64,000 nt of DNA from NCBI GenBank assembly GCA_044892505.1, contig CM097883.1:406100001-406164000 (forward strand), read 5' to 3'. The stretch comes from Schmidtea nova. Lineage: Eukaryota. Numbering within the stretch: position 1 is the first letter of the stretch; the number at the start of each line of letters is the position of its first letter. This document shows, in pieces, positions 59,722 through 64,000 of the stretch. The notes below the pieces were generated by a model. That model searched no databases. It was given only the letters and a program-made list of their open reading frames with translations, and was not told where the DNA came from. The position numbers and the translations under genes are program-made.

Positions 59722-62454
59722 ATGTCTGAAATTATCTGGAAAATTTTAAAAGAAAACAAATTTCAAATCAAGAATGAAATCAGCAGTGATTTGATATGTG
59801 AAATTTGCAAATGTTTAATGATAAATGCTTGCAATGCTCCTTGCGGTTGTCGCTTTTGTTCCGATTGCATTGAGCATTATTTGGATGGAAACGAAAAATT
59901 CTGTCCTGGAACAGCTAAACAATGTCAAAAGAAAATGATAAGTTATTCGCACGATATTATAATTGATCGACCGATTAACGTTCGAATATCAGAAGTTTCT
60001 GTAGAATGTCCCAGGAAAAATTGTCTATTCAGAACCGAGTTGTGCATGATAGAGAGCCACATGAGAACATGCAACAAACGCCCAATAATCTGCCCATTCA
60101 ATGATATTGGATGTGAAATAAATGAAATAATGAATGATGAAATACAAGACCATCTCAATAAGGACAATTATGGCCATAGCAAATTATTGATTGATCTAAT
60201 CAATAATTTACGCCATGAGGTGGAATTAATGAAAAATGAAATTATCGAATTAAATAGAGAAAACAGACAATTCAAACAAAAATTTGTCAATATGGAGTTG
60301 CAATTAACAGAACAACAAGTAAATTGATTTATTAGAATATCTTATATGATTTGCGGACAATTCACCGTATAGTAATTCACCGTATAGTAATTCACCGTAT
60401 AGTAATTCACCGTATAGTAATTCACCGTATAGTAATTCACCGTATAGTAATTCACCGTATAGTAATTCACCGTATAGTAATTCACCGTATAGTAATTCAC
60501 CGTATAGTAATTCACCGTATAGTAATTCACCGTATAGTAATTCACCGTNNNNNNNNNNNNNNNNNNNNNNNNNNNNNNNNNNNNNNNNNNNNNNNNNNNN
60601 NNNNNNNNNNNNNNNNNNNNNNNNNNNNNNNNNNNNNNNNNNNNNNNNNNNNNNNNNNNNNNNNNNNNNNNNNNNNNNNNNNNNNNNNNNNNNNNNNNNN
60701 NNNNNNNNNNNNNNNNNNNNNNNNNNNNNNNNNNNNNNNNNNNNNNNNNNNNNNNNNNNNNNNNNNNNNNNNNNNNNNNNNNNNNNNNNNNNNNNNNNNN
60801 NNNNNNNNNNNNNNNNNNNNNNNNNNNNNNNNNNNNNNNNNNNNNNNNNNNNNNNNNNNNNNNNNNNNNNNNNNNNNNNNNNNNNNNNNNNNNNNNNNNN
60901 NNNNNNNNNNNNNNNNNNNNNNNNNNNNNNNNNNNNNNNNNNNNNNNNNNNNNNNNNNNNNNNNNNNNNNNNNNNNNNNNNNNNNNNNNNNNNNNNNNNN
61001 NNNNNNNNNNNNNNNNNNNNNNNNNNNNNNNNNNNNNNNNNNNNNNNNNNNNNNNNNNNNNNNNNNNNNNNNNNNNNNNNNNNNNNNNNNNNNNNNNNNN
61101 NNNNNNNNNNNNNNNNNNNNNNNNNNNNNNNNNNNNNNNNNNNNNNNNNNNNNNNNNNNNNNNNNNNNNNNNNNNNNNNNNNNNNNNNNNNNNNNNNNNN
61201 NNNNNNNNNNNNNNNNNNNNNNNNNNNNNNNNNNNNNNNNNNNNNNNNNNNNNNNNNNNNNNNNNNNNNNNNNNNNNNNNNNNNNNNNNNNNNNNNNNNN
61301 NNNNNNNNNNNNNNNNNNNNNNNNNNNNNNNNNNNNNNNNNNNNNNNNNNNNNNNNNNNNNNNNNNNNNNNNNNNNNNNNNNNNNNNNNNNNNNNNNNNN
61401 NNNNNNNNNNNNNNNNNNNNNNNNNNNNNNNNNNNNNNNNNNNNNNNNNNNNNNNNNNNNNNNNNNNNNNNNNNNNNNNNNNNNNNNNNNNNNNNNNNNN
61501 NNNNNNNNGTGAATTGTCCGGATCCCATCTTATATTGATGTTTGTGATTACAGCAAAAAATGTGCGAGATGGAAATGAAAGAGATGGAAAACACGGAAGA
61601 GATAAGCCAATTGAAAGAAGAAATGGCGATAGTGAAAAATGAGAATCGAGCATTAAGAAGGGAGACGGAAACAAATGCGGAATCAATCAATGAAGTTTGA
61701 TTGTTGATTTAATTATGGACTACTGTTATTGATGTAAATGCAAAGTAGACGAGACAAAAGATTGAGATAATTCAAACAAAATTGAAACAGCCAATTGTTG
61801 ACTTTAAAGGAAATTATGAGCTGCAGAAAGCGAATAAAAAAGTGAAATTGATTTAATGAAATGTTTGAATTTGGGATTCAATTTCAGGTAGAAATCTTTA
61901 ATAGCCGAACCGACAGAATTTTTGGACAAAAATCAGATGACCTTAGTGAAACATTCAAACAAAAAATGGATAGAAAAATAAATAATTTAGAAATAAAAAT
62001 GATTGACATGATTGCAAAACTAGAAAAAGGCGATTTTGGAAAATTGAAATGGACATTTGATAATTTATCCAAGCAGAAACGCCACGATCGAATCTACAGC
62101 AAACCGTTTTATTCTGTGAGTTCTGGATACCAAATGTGTGTGAGTGTGAGTGTTGGAAAAAGATTCGGTAGAATTTATGTTTATTTTCATTTGGTGCATG
62201 GGAAATTCGATGATAAATTGGCATGGCCATTCAAGTATGCTGTGACAATTGATGTGATCGATCAAGGAAACGGAAATATTTACCAACGTGAAACAATAAA
62301 ATATTCCGACTGCCCTGATGATGCTGGATGGAGAAAACCCTCAAATGATAACAGTGAAGGGCTCTGGTTCAGCAAAGTCCGTATACCGCTTAATTCAGCA
62401 GCATCTTGGTATGATCAGGTGATAATCAAATGTAGAGTGGAGCTGGAGAATTGA
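59722..62454 (+). CDS. TRAF-like gene, copy 3; predicted exons 59722-60318, 61554-61694, 61749-61841, 61888-62454
   Basis: RING and zinc fingers in exon 1, coiled coil in exons 2-3, MATH (SKPFY, GKFDD.LAWPF) in exon 4; all phase-0 GT-AG introns give a continuous frame. Confidence 0.9.
60348..61526. mobile_element. Non-autonomous MULE-type element containing a 15-bp tandem array, inserted in TRAF copy 3 intron 1
   Basis: 9-bp TSD ATCTTATAT (60339-60347, 61527-61535); inverted ends cggacaattcac / gtgaattgtccg; internal (attcaccgtatagta)n running into a 960-N gap. Confidence 0.85.
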
Positions 62455-64000
62455 AATCAACTTATAACTGAAATTTTGATAAATTTGAATAAATGTTTTT
62501 ATCAAATTTTTGATTTTTTCTATTTTTGCATAAATAATGAGAAAGTTGGATAGAACTCCCGCACAATTTCGGGTGATATTCTTGCTAATATTTAATATTT
62601 AAAATTCTACTTTCTCGAGTAGAATGTAAAATTTAAATAGAGAATAGAAAAATATCTTTTTACAATTAAATCAAGAAACAGCAAACCTGAAAAAAGAATT
62701 GCCAGGTAAAAAGAGTCAAATCCGAATCACCAGAAATCTCTAATAAATCAAATATCACTAACAAATAATCAGAATTGAAGGGAGCTAATTCAATTCGAGA
62801 TTTAAAAGACCATATAAACAAAACTGATGATAATTATAAAACGAAAATAAACTCTGGTACCGACAAGAATTCCAAAAGATAAGGAGAAAAAAGCCCTGAT
62901 TTGTGTGGCCTGCAATCAAACAAGTAAACACAGTAGAGAAACAAATCCAAAGTTGATAGGAAAAACCTCACAAACCTAAAAACAAAAGATTGAGAATAAA
63001 AGGATACGATCAATAGAATCAGCAGCGCCATCGCATTCATTCTCACTTTACAAAAAAATTGATAAGAAATAAATCAAAACTTCTGTTGGTTGTGCGTGCT
63101 GATTTTATTAAATTTTAATTATTAAGTTCTAGCGATAGCATAGGGTCGTATGCCCGTATGCCCGTAAATACATCGTAAATATGTGGTACTGCATACGTCA
63201 GTCGAATGTGAATCGGCAGGTGAGCGCCTGTGTAAACACTTCTCCCGAACCTACCATTGTCGTGGGTTCAATACGATCGATAGAAGGTTGTTTTAGTCTT
63301 ATCCCTTTTGTTGGCCGCTTTTTCAGGGTGTTACTTCTCTATTTACTGGTTTCAGTTGAGAGAGAAAAATGTGTAATGTTGGAAGTTTATCACTTATACA
63401 TTCATTTAAATAATAAAAACAAAGCTAAATATTTTCATTTTAAATACATATAATTAACTAATTCTATAACAAATACAATAGGCTATGTCGATAGCTAGTT
63501 CACCATAGGGTATGTCCGTTATTCAATTTCGCCAGTAAGTCACCCGGTTCGGTTCCTCGATACTTTATTCGTCGCCTTTAATGTGCGCTGATCCGTTTAA
63601 GTTTCCTCACGATTCCTCTAGAGCTTTCCGGGGTCTCCTTATTATCCCCCGTTGGAATGACAGTTGGGTACCACTCTTGTAGCGTGATCGGTCGAATTTG
63701 ATCTCTCATCGGCCACGAAAAACTGAAGTCATATACCTTGGACAATTCCTGAGCTCAATCACTGGGTCTTGTTTATTAACGTGCAAAGTTTTATTTTAAT
63801 CCTACACTTGTATGCCAGCTAGTCGGTTGAATAATATTAACGAGTTAGTTACATGTAATAAAGTTATTATGACTCAAGAAAATAACATACTTACAATTTC
63901 TTCTAACAATACAATGTAATTCCGTAGAATCACCTAAAGCGAAGTTCAAAAATCAAAAGGGTAGTTGTTGTAAGTTTGTTAAACCAAAATTTATAAGCTA

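Noticed and set aside
59490-59759. ORF with a YIYIYI run
   Set aside because: Translation of the (TA)n microsatellite.
60358-60548. CRISPR-like regular repeats (also 26400-26900 and 52499-52630)
   Set aside because: Units are head-to-tail with no unique spacers, no cas genes are present, and the context is eukaryotic.
60304-61690. Long ORFs with GELLY, IHRIV or NYYTV repeats
   Set aside because: They are translations of the 15-bp satellite joined across a 960-N gap.
5559-62230. Antisense ORFs over real genes (e.g. 5559-5756, 20167-20412, 21578-21802, 30425-30649, 39008-39199, 45873-46145, 59943-60167, 61884-62230)
   Set aside because: Shadows of coding sequence on the other strand, with no independent motifs.
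1-64000. rRNA, tRNA, spliced-leader or telomeric repeats
   Set aside because: No recognisable conserved motifs or TTAGGG arrays were seen; a tRNAscan-SE or Infernal run would be needed to exclude short RNAs.

Overview
Strongly AT-rich eukaryotic (invertebrate animal) genomic DNA with eight N-gaps (33147-33320, 44383-44798, 51920-52069, 52206-52350, 53658-53807, 54025-54208, 58572-58724, 60549-61508). Very short introns (45-54 nt), long (ATT)n/(TA)n runs and multiple TRAF paralogs suggest a planarian-type flatworm; this is inference only. No rRNA, tRNA or CRISPR array was seen. Host genes are mostly duplicated, immune/signalling-type families: three TRAF-like genes (two RING-ZnF-coiled coil-MATH, one truncated), a double-RING protein, two convergent LRR membrane-protein paralogs (one intact, one frameshifted), two convergent divergent bZIP genes, a secreted two-domain F-type-lectin-like gene, and a TCAF/FAM115 M60-like protein that has lost its HExxH motif. 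They sit among decayed transposons: mariner, Tc1, Tigger/pogo, piggyBac, MULE, hAT fragments and MITEs, two Ty3/gypsy remnants and Maverick/Polinton pieces. The most unusual items are: (1) a 1.66-kb insertion with 5-bp direct repeats that splits a MULE transposase and carries one long ORF with an ankyrin-like repeat but no recognisable mobility gene; (2) the apparently catalytically dead M60-like exon, which is splice-phase compatible with the upstream lectin gene; (3) a 9-bp-TSD, satellite-filled MULE-type element inside a TRAF intron; (4) several long palindromes. All alignments and splice models were done by eye; no database searches were run.
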